Positions 50,816 through 63,484 are shown, numbered from the stretch's first letter. The stretch: DNA of 64,000 nucleotides from Bispira polyomma (GCA_965649765.1 OZ287749.1:23250001-23314000), one strand, 5' to 3'. Notes: a model not told the origin generated them from the letters alone. Program-made: numbers and translations.

Positions 50816-53800
50816 CAAATTCAAATTCTTACCAGTTTGTCTGGTCACTGATAAGGAAAAACATCATAAAACCAATGCAGTGTTTTATGCAGTATCAGTC
50901 TTAATTTTCTTGTGCCATTGGTTGCTTGGCATATTCAGAATTATTCCGTGGTCTTAACCTTCTTTGTTCAAAAAAATTTAATCTAAAATGAATAACACTG
51001 TCTTCACTACAGCTCTAAAAGTTGGGTGAATACTAGGTCCAAAAATTCTATGCAAAGTAATGACTAGATTGTAATAGCTAAGCAAGCTTGACGAAACAAC
51101 TTTTCAAAAAAGGCATAACTATTATAGCTTCTAGATGTTAAGACTCTATGCAATATTAAAACACTTTACAAAGACTATTTTAACATGTACTGTTTTCAAA
51201 CACTTGGTATCCGATGTGGCAACTCAATGTTTGGCGGAGGCACTGTTGGAAGCATTTGTTTATAAAATATATGTATGAAAATGATGCAATTATGCTTTCA
51301 GGAAATGCATTTGTGTTTAATAAAATTTGCAGTTACAACATATATAATTTAATTATAAGTTATAATTAACTTATATAATTAATAAGTTAAAATTCAAGTT
51401 AATTGGGTTTGAAAAGTCGTTCTGCATGGCAATATTTGGTTTCCACCCAAGAAATAGCAGCCTTTGTAGTAATGTTTTTAAATACCTTATCAGAACAACA
51501 TAATGTGAGTTTCTGACTTTCTGTAACTATGTAGCTAAATGTAATATGTGTACAGAACTAAAATAAAATTTAAAAAATGACCAAAAGTGTTATAAATCGC
51601 CTACACTTCCAACGAAAAATCAAACCAGGGACCTTCTGATCACCAAACCAACTCCCTAACCACAAGGCCATGGGAAACCACTAAGTATAGATTTGGAATA
51701 GATTTGAAAACTCCTTTTGTTGATGTGTAGGTACATTGATATATTGTGACTATTATACATTTATATATAGCCTGTAGGTCGTCAATAAGTTGCCATATAA
51801 TGAACTAGTATAGACAGAGTACTCATTCTGTATTATTTACTGGGAAAAATGATCACAACTTTATGTGTTCCCGTAATGGTCAAATATCTCAGAATGTTAA
51901 CTTTGAAAAGAATGGATTCTTGAACGCATTTATTGCATACTTATTTTACAGTATGAAAAATTTTGTATGTCATCAAATGAAATGACAACTGTTAAGTAAT
52001 TTAGGCCAGTAAATAAGTGGTAATGTGAAATACTAACAATGGCTGTGCTAAGTCCACAGTCAGTTGATTATACCTCGGTGAGCTAAAGTTTAAAAGCAAA
52101 CCCAGATCATCCTTAAATTACTCTTACCTAACTTTCAAATTACTTTCCTCTTACAAATAAAGAGGGTCAGACTCTAAAAGCAATTTAATGTCTTATTAAT
52201 AAAACTGCAGAAAAAATCTACATCAATGGTAACCTAAAGAAAATTATGTGATTAATAATAACAAGGACAGTTTAGAATCGTGTAGTGTGCACTTTAGCGA
52301 TTACATTTTTATATAACATATAAACTAAATAAAAATGATACAACGTGGTACTTCTTGAATCTCTTTAAGGCATCTGGACAACAGCAAGTGAACAAATAAC
52401 TATCATGTTTTCTAAAGGTTCTATTAAAAAGGTAAATCTTTTCAACTCACAGTTATTTTGTAAGTGACATTAATTATGGAAATTCAATTACTTCTGCTTC
52501 AATTTCTAAATTCTCTTGTATGTTATAAGTGCAACGTTCTTCTCAGAAAAATTATAATATAGTGCATCTTGACTATCATTTGGGGCTATGAAAGTTGTTT
52601 ATACCTTCAACTTATTTACACCTTGCTTGGATTGTTGATGTGATTTTTACAAATTTGACAGTGGTATATTAACTACAAATGGAATTTATAAATTTGCATA
52701 ATCTCATTTCCTCATCCATTATTGACAACACAGTTTTGTCTATGGGATATATAGCTAAAGTAAATGACTTATATGACAGGTAGTAACTCCCTTCAACCAT
52801 GTATAAATCATTGGTTTTATCTCTGTAATGTCTATTTATGGTGGCTAGCTTTAAATGTCTAGGAATTATCACAAGTGTATTTATCTATATAACCTAACAC
52901 AATTTTACTTTGGCAGAAAGCTTACAAACCAAGCGAAGTGCCAGGAATTTTTACTGGTATATAAATATCTATATATCTCTTGTGTTGCACAATTTTACTT
53001 GGCAGAATTCTTACAAGCAATTAATTGCATCTTTGTGGAATCAAACTGCTTTGGACTCTGTGTAACACTTTGTGTTCCCTTAACACTTTACAGACATGCA
53101 ACTCTGGGATAGCAGTTATTTCTCTCCTGACCTTACTGTACAAAGCATGTCTGCATAGGAAGTGTTTTATTACAATCAGTTCCGGGATGATAAGCGAACT
53201 GTTTTATTTTATCTCACTTTAGAACCAGAACAGAAACAAATCATTTTACATATGAATCCTTAGATAAATAGTAATTGAAAATATTATATATTGAATCCGA
53301 TGCCTTCTATGTTGCAGCATTAAAGCCTCTGTAAAACAAGTCTTCAACCAATATCAGATCCTTAAAAAACCTCTCTGGTTTCAGAAGCAATATTAAAACC
53401 CATATGTTCATCCTCGCTTACCCTCCATAGAAATCTTTTTCTTCAACATGACCTTCTTGATCATGATTGTAACAAATTTGACAATGATGTTGTGCTTTCG
53501 AAGATGCCTGGCATCAATTAGGCTCATTAAAAATGTATCATATAATTGAAGCAATGTTCTGTTTACTTATGTGGTTTTTTAATAGTTATAAACTTTTAAT
53601 ATAACATGAGATCATCTTAGTCATACCCGATATACATTTGTTCATACTGTTACAGATTATTAAGAAAGTGCATTGTGCATCCTATATGCCATCAAAAAGT
53701 GTTTGATTGGTTTTCATTGATAAATTCACTTTAGTTACATTTTGCTTTGTATGAACCTAACTGAACAAGTTTAAATTTTCTATGACATTTAGATTTAAGC

Positions 53801-54578
53801 AGTCAGTTTGAGTAACTAATGTCAATTATACTACAAAATTTTCTACTCACATTTTACACATATTAGATCATTCTTGATGAATAATTCCTACAGCATAATG
53901 GTACTTATTTTTTTTTCTCACTCTAGCACTTTGGTTGGAACAAAAGCTTAATGACATTTGCATTCAATCTTCACCTAACACTCAGCAGAGATTTAAATGC
54001 CACATTTTGATTAGTGCTCCAGGTGATGTCAGTTTTTCAGAAAAACATGCTTTCTTGAGTACTATAGGTATGTCTGTTTTAAGAAATTGTTCTATGGCAC
54101 ATACATCATCAGATAACAGCAGAATCAGTAAACTAATCAAGAAGTCCAAAAACATAGCCACGGTCATAAGAAAGGATATTTGATGTACAGTTATTGAATT
54201 GAGGCAGGTAAGTGATTTCCCTTTTTAGTGATCTAAGCTCCAGGGAGACTGTTGAATAACTCAAATTCCAGCCCTCTTGCCATGTTTCACCGAGGAAACA
54301 GAAAGTTAATGAGGGAAGGGCGAATGGCAAGGTAGGATGGCTGCTGAGAGACAACAGCTTTAAAGTGGTGAAAAGGGAAAGTGACTTTAAGATTTAACTG
54401 GTTAGTTAAGCCAAAAAAGTGTCACTACTCTCTGGCAAGTTATTTGTGTAGTGCTTTTACTGTCTGAACTAATTGCATCACATGTATATCTGCCACATAA
54501 AACATGGTGAACTAGAGGTTTGTTCTACATAACTGCTGATGTGAATATAAGGATGGCTATCAAACTGTAAAAACCAGA

Positions 54579-55104
54579 AATGGTCATGATGGCCTATTTG
54601 GTGATAGACTTAGTCTAGATAATGAGACAAATAGCTCCGACAAAGTAACACAAAATCCTAATATTGAACTTGGTTATCATATTGTGGATGTAGATGTGTA
54701 TAGGTTTATTGTCTGATATCACCTTTATTGAGGTCTCATCCGACTTATGCTGGTCACACTAGTTTTCATGTTGGTTATCTGTACAACATAAATACAACAA
54801 TATACCAAATAAACGTCATCTACCTTTGCATGGTGTGTATTTTGGCCGGAATATCAAATTATAAACAGAGCATACATTTATTTACTGTAGAGGTCACAAG
54901 ATGTCACAAAATATGTTTATTTGCTATATAAAAAACGATGGTCATGATAGCCTATTTTGTGATAGACTTAGTCTAGATAACCAGACAAATAGCTTCCACA
55001 AAGTAACACAAAATCCTAATATTGAACTTGGTTATCATATTGTGGATGTAAATGCGTGTAGCTTTAAAGTCTGATATCACCTCTATTGAAGTCTCATCAT
55101 ACTT
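54579..55104. repeat. ~166-bp direct repeat pair separated by ~190 bp
   Basis: atggtcatgat.gcctattt.gtgatagacttagtctagataa..gtctgatatcacc..gtctcatc..actt at 54579 and 54938. Confidence 0.9.
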
Positions 55105-55395
55105 GACAGTTTACACCCCCGGCCTGGGTTCCTTCACTTGTCAATCAATTGTTCAGTTTCAGCTCCCTGAGGAAGCATTCTAGCTATGCTGCCACGTGCA
55201 GTGCTGAAAAACTAACACCCATCTACAGCTAGGTACCTATTTATACACCTGGGTAGAGAAGGACAACTTTGTGTCAAGTACCTTGTCCAAGGGTGCAATC
55301 TCCAAGCCTGCAACGAGGATCAAACCAGGGCTCTCAGATCACTGAGATCGGAAGACCTACAATCTAACCACTAGGCCACAAAGACCACATTATTC
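55043..55395 (-). mobile_element. tRNA-derived CORE-like SINE (family of 12414-12757)
   Basis: Reverse complement: gtggcctagtggttag..ggtttgatcctcg..gcaggcttggagat..ctacccaggtgtataaataggtacc..tgcttcctcagggagctgaaactgaacaattg.ttgacaagtgaa. Confidence 0.88.
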
Positions 55396-58219
55396 ATGTT
55401 ACAGTGTAAAAAGGTTTTGTATGACATTAATTATGGGACTGACATGTACTTTAAGGTAGTAAGTATCTGCTGATGTAATAGAACAACCCCAATACCCAAG
55501 ATAACTAAGTTCACAACCACTTGGGCTATGCCTTGGTGAGCTATGTGGGGTTTTTTTTAAAGTCAAATTACTGTCGCTGGAGTATCAAATATCAATCAAA
55601 TATCCATCGAGAAAAATACCATTGCATAAGACTCTATAAGCACATTTAATTTCTTGTTAATAAATATACAGCACAATACAAATGAGATAAGATTATTAAA
55701 TTAAACATCAAAAGGCCACCTGAACAAGACATAGTAGAAAAATAAAATAGAAAGATTTTAACTTAGACTGTAGTTTCTCCAAGTACATTTCAGCCATCTA
55801 GCCTTTTAGAAAATTAAAATAACTCAATGTGGTGCTTATTGTGGACACTTTAGAGATTCTAATGAAAGTTATCATGGTAAGGGGTAGAAGAATAACAAAT
55901 TGGTAAAAATAAGAATCGCTTGATGTTATCTAGAAAGAAAACTGATAAAAGAAAACAGTACAATGTCCTTTCTAAGGCTTTATCCAAAAAGCTTTTTGCA
56001 GCATTATTGCTGAGATTCAATTACTTCTGTGTCAGAAAAAAATGAGATTTCGGATTTTTTTGCACATTTCTACCTTATTGCAAGAACTTCTATGTCCCTT
56101 TGTAGATTAAGTATTTTGGTTTTTCACTCTCTGCACAGCAATTTCTTCCTCCTAATAATACATAATAGACGCCAGACAAGGGTTAATAATCTCATGACCT
56201 CACTATATAGTATGTCTACATAATTTTTTTGCAAGTAGTTTTGGGGTAATAATCAGACTTTTTTTCTATTGATAAATTACAACCTTGCACGCTCACTCCA
56301 CATAGATAAATAAATGCATTGTTATTGGTAATGGCAAACAGCACATTCGTTGGAGCTTTGTGGTGTTTTAAGTAGTATTAAGTTTTAGTGTGATTTTAGT
56401 CCAGTATTCTTAGTATGATTTTAGTTCGGTATTTATTTTCTTGTGCCACTGACTATTTCGCACATTCAAAATTTAGAAGTGTAAGAAGCATTTTATTATT
56501 ATTGGCCTCTCAGTAATGTGGGTTTGTTCATGTTCATTTCTTCATGTGGAAAAAAAGTTTGTCAGATACTTGCTGTAGGCTTGTGGTTTGCAGTGCTTCA
56601 GCACTGGTTTCCCCCACCATTAAATATGAGCATTGTCACATGACCAATGCTGTTAAAAGTCACGTCAAACCCAACTAAGTTCAAATCCACAGTTTGGATG
56701 ATGGGGAGAGCTATGTACGCCATTTTGGTATGTGAGGTAAAAACTATTAGAAGAAAAAATAATGGACTAGGAACAAAGATTGATGATGTACAAAATAAAC
56801 AATCATTAGATGCTATGACACATAGCTCATCAAAACATTCTTCATTTTAAAGCAATGATAACAGGGAAAATATTCAGCTAACCAAGGAATGAAAGGAATC
56901 ATTTGTGTCAGATATAATAGCAACAGTTCCCTAGTGTTTGAATATTGTTGAAAGTCAAAACACAATAAAAATATAAGGTTTTAAAGTTTATTTCTGTACA
57001 AGTTAGTTTTCCATGTACAGTTTTGAAAACTTAATATTTAGAATTTAAACATATGTAAAATTGTAAATAAGCCCATACGATAACATATATAAAAGGGCAC
57101 AGTAGCGGACTTAAAAAGACATTAGGAAGCAATAGGGATACACACATAAAAGTCCACATTGAACTACAATTACCTGATCAATTTAAAACATATAAATAGG
57201 TCTAGTATAACACATCGTAGTACATTCATGTTTTATATTTTCACAGCTGAATGTCTAAATTTAATAGTCCTTAGGACTATATGAGAGACTACCCAAATAT
57301 TTTACGTCTACCACACTTAGTAAGTTGACAACTAATATACTAAACAAAGTTCATTTCTATTCAACAATTTTAATTCCTTAGCTATGTAACTTGGTTTACC
57401 TACTGCTAAACAAAGTAAGTTTTTGCTAACCAGATATCCTTTAATAAAACCACAACAAGAGACTAGGGTTGGAACCCGGGTGCTATGGTACCTTAATGCC
57501 TTGCAGGGGCACGTTCCCCCTTGCAGAGCTCCTAAGCCTCCCATATAGCCCACACCAGGGGGTAGTTTACAGAGGGGATCATGGCTCCAGATGGACACCG
57601 GTTCAAATCCGTCAGTTGTAGCACACTAAGATTCATACAATAAATTTTTCGTCATAATGGGGGAGGTGGAGAAAATCAGAGGAATCAGAAAGGTTTTAAA
57701 AACAGTGATTTCAGTTGGATGGCGAACTGTAACAGCAGTCCCCTGAAGCGGTCGTGCTAGTCACACTTTCAGGCAGATCATGCTGAAGGCAATCAGTGGG
57801 CTAAACGTGTGCACCTATACTGCTATAATGTTGGAAAAGTCATACTGTATGAAAATATTTGCATTCCATCACAGAAATAGCAGTGTCTGTAGTAATGTCT
57901 TCAAATATCTTATTACTGCAACATTATGTTTGTTTGGGACTTTCTGTAAACATGTAGCTAAACGTAAATACTTTCTACTTTCGCTGAACTTTCTGTAGAT
58001 AACAAAACATAACTTTCCCTTATCTTTGTATTTAAAACTTCACCTACGATTGGCTTAGGATAATTTAATACTTGTGCAACTTAAGTTTTATGTTAAGATA
58101 ATCGAGTGTGTTTGACCAATACACAAAGTGTTCAATTAATTATTTCATTTGTATTGCATATTTGTAACACGCTTTATTTATGCCAGGAAGTGGCTAAACT
58201 AAATCAATCAACCAATCAT

Positions 58220-58370
58220 ATTTCCTACACCATAGCCTGGGTCATCATTAGTAGGCAATTCTGCGTTCACATCTTGGCCAAGGATGTTATCCTTTTTAAT
58301 GGTTATAGTGTTACCTGGTCGAAACCAGGAACTCTCTTATAACCAGAGCAGCTTATCCAACCAGAAATTT
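58220..58370 (-). mobile_element. Old tRNA-derived SINE relic
   Basis: ccaaggatgttatcc and gtcgaaaccagga match the reverse complement of the 62143-62300 family. Confidence 0.5.
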
Positions 58371-58920
58371 GGGTGACCACGAAATTTAGATTTGCAATAG
58401 ATTTGGAAATTCCTTTTGTCAATATGTAAGTAGATAGGTACTTAGATATGCATAAGAAAGAGGTCAGAAATTAGTTTGAAATTTTGACTTAATATTATAT
58501 CATCTGTGATAATTTATCCTATTTTTTCCTGTAATGATGAAATATCTCAGTCAAGTAAACTTTCAAATAAATGGATTCTTAAATACTTGAACACATTTAT
58601 TACATATTTTTTACAGTATGAAAGATTTTGTATGACAAAAGGAATTTCAAATGAAATGACAACTGTCCAAGTAGTTTAAGCCACTAAATAGATAGTAGCG
58701 TAAAATACTAACAGCAATGGCTATGCTATCTAAGTTCACAGTCATTGGGATTATACCTCAGTAGTTAAAGTTTAAAAGCAAATCCAGATCCTCCTCAAAC
58801 TATTCTCACCTAACTATTAATATTCTTTCCTCTTACAATGATACAACATATGACTCTAAAAGCAATTTAATGCCACATTAATAAAATCACAGACATATCA
58901 ATGGTAACCTGAATAAAGTA

Positions 58921-59130
58921 TATTTAACGTCCACTCTAGTACCTGTTTAGGTTATATTGGGACAGGTAGTTGAAACGCTGGAGGAAACACTGCATACAGT
59001 TGATCAAGCGGTAAGGAACTACCACCTTTCCCACATAGGCAATGACAGGATTCGAACTCACGCCGCCCAGAGGTGAGAGACCAGTGATTGTGAAGCACAA
59101 TGCTTGCTAACCACTAGGCCACAACCGCCC
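58921..59130 (-). mobile_element. Full-length tRNA-derived SINE (V-SINE-like 3' architecture)
   Basis: Minus strand starts gggcggttgtggcctagtggttagc (A box), gagttcgaatcc (B box), ends gtggacgttaaata. Absent from sister repeat copies (~24260, ~52240). Confidence 0.88.
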
Positions 59131-59896
59131 TGGCGATTCTAATTTGCTTGTGTGCTTTTCAGTTACATTTGTATATAGCATTTAAACCAAATAGAGATAA
59201 CCAAATTTCGTACTTCTTGAATGCCTTAAGGGAATCTGCAAGTGAATACAAACAAGTACTATGTCCTCAAAGACATGCAAAGGTTTTCATTAAAAAGGTA
59301 AATTTCTATTGACTCACAGTTGTTTGTTGTTTTTTTTTTTGTTTTTTTTTTTTTGTAAGTGACATTAATTATGGGAATTGAATTACTTTTTCCTCATTTT
59401 TAAGGCTAAATTTTCAAAAATTTTATAATTGCAACGTTCTTCTCAGGCACATATAATTCAGTGTGTATTGACTATCATTTTGGATCTTGCTCTTACTCCA
59501 TTGGAAAACCTAGCTTGGGATTCTTGTGATTTTTACAAAAAAAAATTTGACAGTGTTATCAACTACAAATGGATTTTATAACTTTTCATAATCTTATTTC
59601 CTCATCCATTATTGACAACACAGTTTTGTCTAGGGTTATATATGTTAAGTAAATGACTTGTACAACAGGTATTAATTCCCTCAGACCATGTGTAAATCAT
59701 TGGTTTTATCTATGTAATGGCTTTTTTATGGTGGACAGCTCTAAATGCTAGGAATTCTCACTAATAAATATCTATTTATATATGCCTAGTGTTACACAAT
59801 TTTACCTGGCACAACACTTACAAGCAATTTATTGGTACTTTGTGGAGTCAAACTGTTTTGGACTGAGGTGGCGTGTTGAAAAACCTGTGTGTGTAC

Positions 59897-61005
59897 TGTA
59901 GTTGTTCCACTGTCAAGATAGATCTGGAGCAGCACCGATTTTGGGCTAACCCGCATGTAACCCTGTAGCTATCCCGATGGATAATGATGCTCCGGACAAT
60001 CCGGGTCAAAATCTGTGTGATTCGGGAAACAAATAATTCAATTGTGAAGTTTTCTGAACATGTTCAGAAAATGGGCCGATTGGAGATTTTACCTGCCATC
60101 CCCCAAAAACAACAAAATGCAATCCACATTGACCCTGAACAATTAGGGTGGCGTCCCAGTTAATCATGGTGACACACTGATTGATCACCGCAATTGTAAC
60201 AATTAACTGGGGTGGCTTCCCCGATTATTAGGATCAACTGGGGTGACACCCCGATTGTAAAGATTAACCAGGTTGAATGTGGAATAGCCGGGGTGGCCCC
60301 AGAGTAATCCTAACAATCAGGGTGGTTATGTCTGAGAGGTATGAATAAAAGACAGCTGGCCACTTTTACCTCTTTCGATCTTCACACTTCCATGAGTCTA
60401 CATCAGTGCTGGCATTATTTCATAGATATTACACAGATTTATAGATAGATAGATTTTTAGGACTTTGCTGTTTTTTTGTTAACTTAGGAATAATATTTTT
60501 GAAAAATTTTTTAAACTTTTAAAATGCCACCTAAAAGGAAGCAAAGTCAAAGGCAAGAACAGGACCCAGCTGATGAGGAGGCAGAGTCAAAGTTTCATGT
60601 AGGAGTTGCCCTTTAAAAGGAGGGGTAGGAGGAGAAGCTTCCACAGGTGGAACAGAAACATCACCACCAACCGGGGAGGGAAGAAGAAGTACAGAGTACT
60701 CCCTGGGAGGCAGTACCCAAATCTGAATCCGACCCGGACAAATCAGGGGCAAGGTGAAACCCACCAGGAAGTACAAGAAGGTGAAAACTACAAGTGTCGC
60801 CCTAACAGTACAATGAGGGTGACCATTACGGTTGATCCTTATGATTGGAAAGGTCACCCTGGGTGATCTTTACAATCGGGGAGGGGGGACAGTTAATCTG
60901 GTTGTCGGACCCCCTGGGGCCCCGGTTAAAGGTGGCCAGTTGAATCGCTGCATCCCCAAAGATCCGCAGCTGCTTCTGATCTATCGTGACAGTGGAACAG
61001 CTACA
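59897..61005. mobile_element. Unclassified 1.1-kb TIR element (TGT..ACA termini) with internal GGGGTG repeats and a basic ORF remnant
   Basis: ~50-bp imperfect inverted repeats 59897-59945 (tgtagttgttccactgtcaagatagatctggagcagc..) and 60955-61005 (..gctgcttctgatctatcgtgacagtggaacagctaca). GC-richer than the flanks. No clean TSD. Confidence 0.75.
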
Positions 61006-62142
61006 TGCAATTAATACTAGTGGAAAAAATAACTTGCTTCCTCCCTAGTCTCCACTCTCAAATCTGCACATACATTGTTCTTTTCGATATAACCTATTCT
61101 GTATGCTTTTTTTTTCTTTTGTTGTTTTGTAAATTATACTTTCTAAATTTTGTGGGTTAGTCCCTCACCACATTTATGTAAATAAATAATGTATATATAA
61201 GTAACTTGTGTAATGTGATCAAATTGTAGAGAACTTGTATGCTTGGTTGAAAATATACATTTTTTTATTAGTTGAATAAACTCGTCATTTCAATCCACAT
61301 CTTGTGATTTAATCTTATAAATATTCCTGAATTTGGGCTGATATAAACCATCTTATAACAATGCCTTTTGTTTAAATATCCAAAGCTCTGTAGTGCTTCC
61401 CAGGTGTTTGTTTCACATCATGTGAGGACATTTTCTGAATGCACACGAATGTGTATAAACAGTTTACATCAAAGATTAAATTATTGCAGAATGACATACT
61501 TTTTAATTATTTAAATAGTTCATATGGGAAAAAATTGTCAAAGTGGCTGGAAAACCTATATGTTAAGAACCTAATATAATTATGTATTGTGGACCACTTT
61601 TTACTCTTTTTCATTTCTTCTTTTCATTTGTGTTAACTATGTAGATAGCTACATGGACTAATGATGAATTATTCTAAAATAAAGTATTATTATTATTCTT
61701 CATTTGCTCATACTGTATAAACCTAACTTTCCTACAGAGAAACTTGAAATTTTCCTATAGCATTCACATTTAAACTGACACCTTGGGCAACTAATGTCAA
61801 TTATGCAACTCTCATTTCAAGTTTTGAACATATTAGATAATTTCTGATGAATAATTCATACAACATAACGTTACTTGTTTTTGTCTCACTCTTGTACCTT
61901 GGCAGGAAGAAAAACTTAATGAAATTGCAATTCAATCATCCAACAGAGATTAAAAATAACACTTTTTTGTTCATTGGTTCAGGGGATTTCAGTTCTTAAT
62001 TTAAAAAAAACATGTGTTATTGAGTGCTGTAAGGTATTTCTGTATGAAAGAGAATCTGTTCTATGGCATGTATGCCTCCTCTGCTTCCTAATTAATTACC
62101 CGTTCACATACGAACACTTCCTAATCAGACAACTTCAACGTC

Positions 62143-62300
62143 CCCAAGTGGCCTAATAGTCAAAGAATTGCTCTGGTGATCACAATATCCCATGTTCGAC
62201 TCCTGGTACTGCCATATAGTGGCTACTTGGGGATAACATCCTTAGGTAAGCTGCAGACATGACGTTGGCTATTGATGGCAAACCAATACTATGTTGTATG
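62143..62300 (+). mobile_element. Old tRNA-derived SINE embedded in the macro-repeat unit
   Basis: gtggcctaatagt (A-like), gttcgactcc (B box), ggggataacatcctt body. Truncated heads occur at the equivalent positions 25790 and 43480. Confidence 0.7.
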
Positions 62301-63484
62301 ACTATCCTTTTTTGGAGAACAAGCTCCTTAGATGATATATTCATTAATGTTGGCGTCATATAAATATTTCAGTTAAAAAAAAAACTTTCACCTGTCACAT
62401 GCCAGGCATATTACAGAAATTCTGTTATTCTATTACAACAAACACCTACTAAATACAACTTATGACAACCATAATAATGATATCCGTTACTAGATGGATG
62501 GATGTCAAATGAGATATTACCACAAAGCAGTCGTAATTGCGATTGTCATTGATAAAAGAAGTGCAATCAAGTATTAAAACTAGCTTGAATATTCTGAGAT
62601 TGAGACAAATTGTCAACCTCTATATTTATACATACAACACATATTCAAGCATATTTAAACACAGCCACTGCTCAATTTAAAATGCAATACTCATGGGGGA
62701 TTGCAATCTCGCTGTAACACTTCAGCTATTATTATTAACTTTTGTCATTCCTGAAACCGACAACTGTGATTGAATATCCCCAGAACATCAATTGAGAAAT
62801 ATTGTACTGTATTTTGTATTTGTAACTAAACTTATTGATGTAAGGCATCTTCTAAAGGATAACTGAATCAATTAACCAATCAAGAAGTTTAAAAAACATA
62901 GCTAAGGTCATAAGGAAGAATGTGGGGATGTACAGGAATGTAATAAAGGTCGGTGAGTTGGATGAAATTGGTTTTAAGTTTTTCAAGTGTTTCAAGTGTT
63001 TAAATTACATGTGAGAGTGAGAGAGTGACGTGTAAAAACTTGTGGAGAGAGTTTTAAGGCTTTTTTAAAGGAAGAAAAGGAGATTTTAGAGAAAATGTGT
63101 GGATTATATGTTTTATAATAGTACATAGACTTCTTCAACACAAGAATTAAGTAAATTAGATATACAGTTAATGTGTTATAAGGTGGAAAGGTTTCAACAC
63201 TTGAAATAAAATATTTACAGAGACATATTGAAAAAACAAGTGTTTCTAGTTATATAAGCTTAACAGGGAGACTATTCAATTACATAGCTGCACCAATTGA
63301 GAAAGATCTAGACCAGCCCTCTTGGTAGGTTTTACTGAGGAAACAGAAAGTCACTTTCCTTTCTTAAGGTTACTGAAGCAAAGGCAAATAGCAAGGTAGG
63401 AGGGCTGTTGAGAGACAACAGCCTTGAAGGTGGTGATATAGATTTTAAAGATTTTAAAGAAGATTCAATAATGAATAGGAAACC

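Larger units (their letters stand above)
20740..63430 (+). repeat. Array of about five degenerate, differentially deleted copies of a multi-kb unit, interrupted by TEs
   Basis: Colinear markers recur: tttgcccctc..cagttagccactgg (20770, 26365, 36580, 44010); aacttggttatcatatt (22190, 27730, 49680, 54670); gtaattta.gcc.gtaaataagt (24010, 41805, 51995, 58670); tctcacttt.gaaccagaacag (25000, 42700, 53215); gtttacttatgtggtttt (25260, 35790, 43065, 53560); gcaaggta.ga (26060, 36185, 43750, 54330, 63390). Confidence 0.92.

Noticed and set aside
59040-59130. Functional tRNA genes (also at 12420, 18620, 25790, 55320, 62143)
   Set aside because: A/B boxes are present, but no complete cloverleaf was seen, and they continue into shared SINE bodies or are truncated heads.
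60606-60866. CRESS-DNA virus capsid call for the Arg-rich ORF
   Set aside because: TTG start, only 86 aa, no Rep or jelly-roll motifs nearby; kept only as an unassigned remnant inside a TIR element.
20740-63430. CRISPR-like or prokaryotic system; assembly-artefact duplication
   Set aside because: No short regularly spaced repeats with unique spacers and no prokaryotic gene density. The copies are substantially diverged and have private TE insertions, unlike false duplications.
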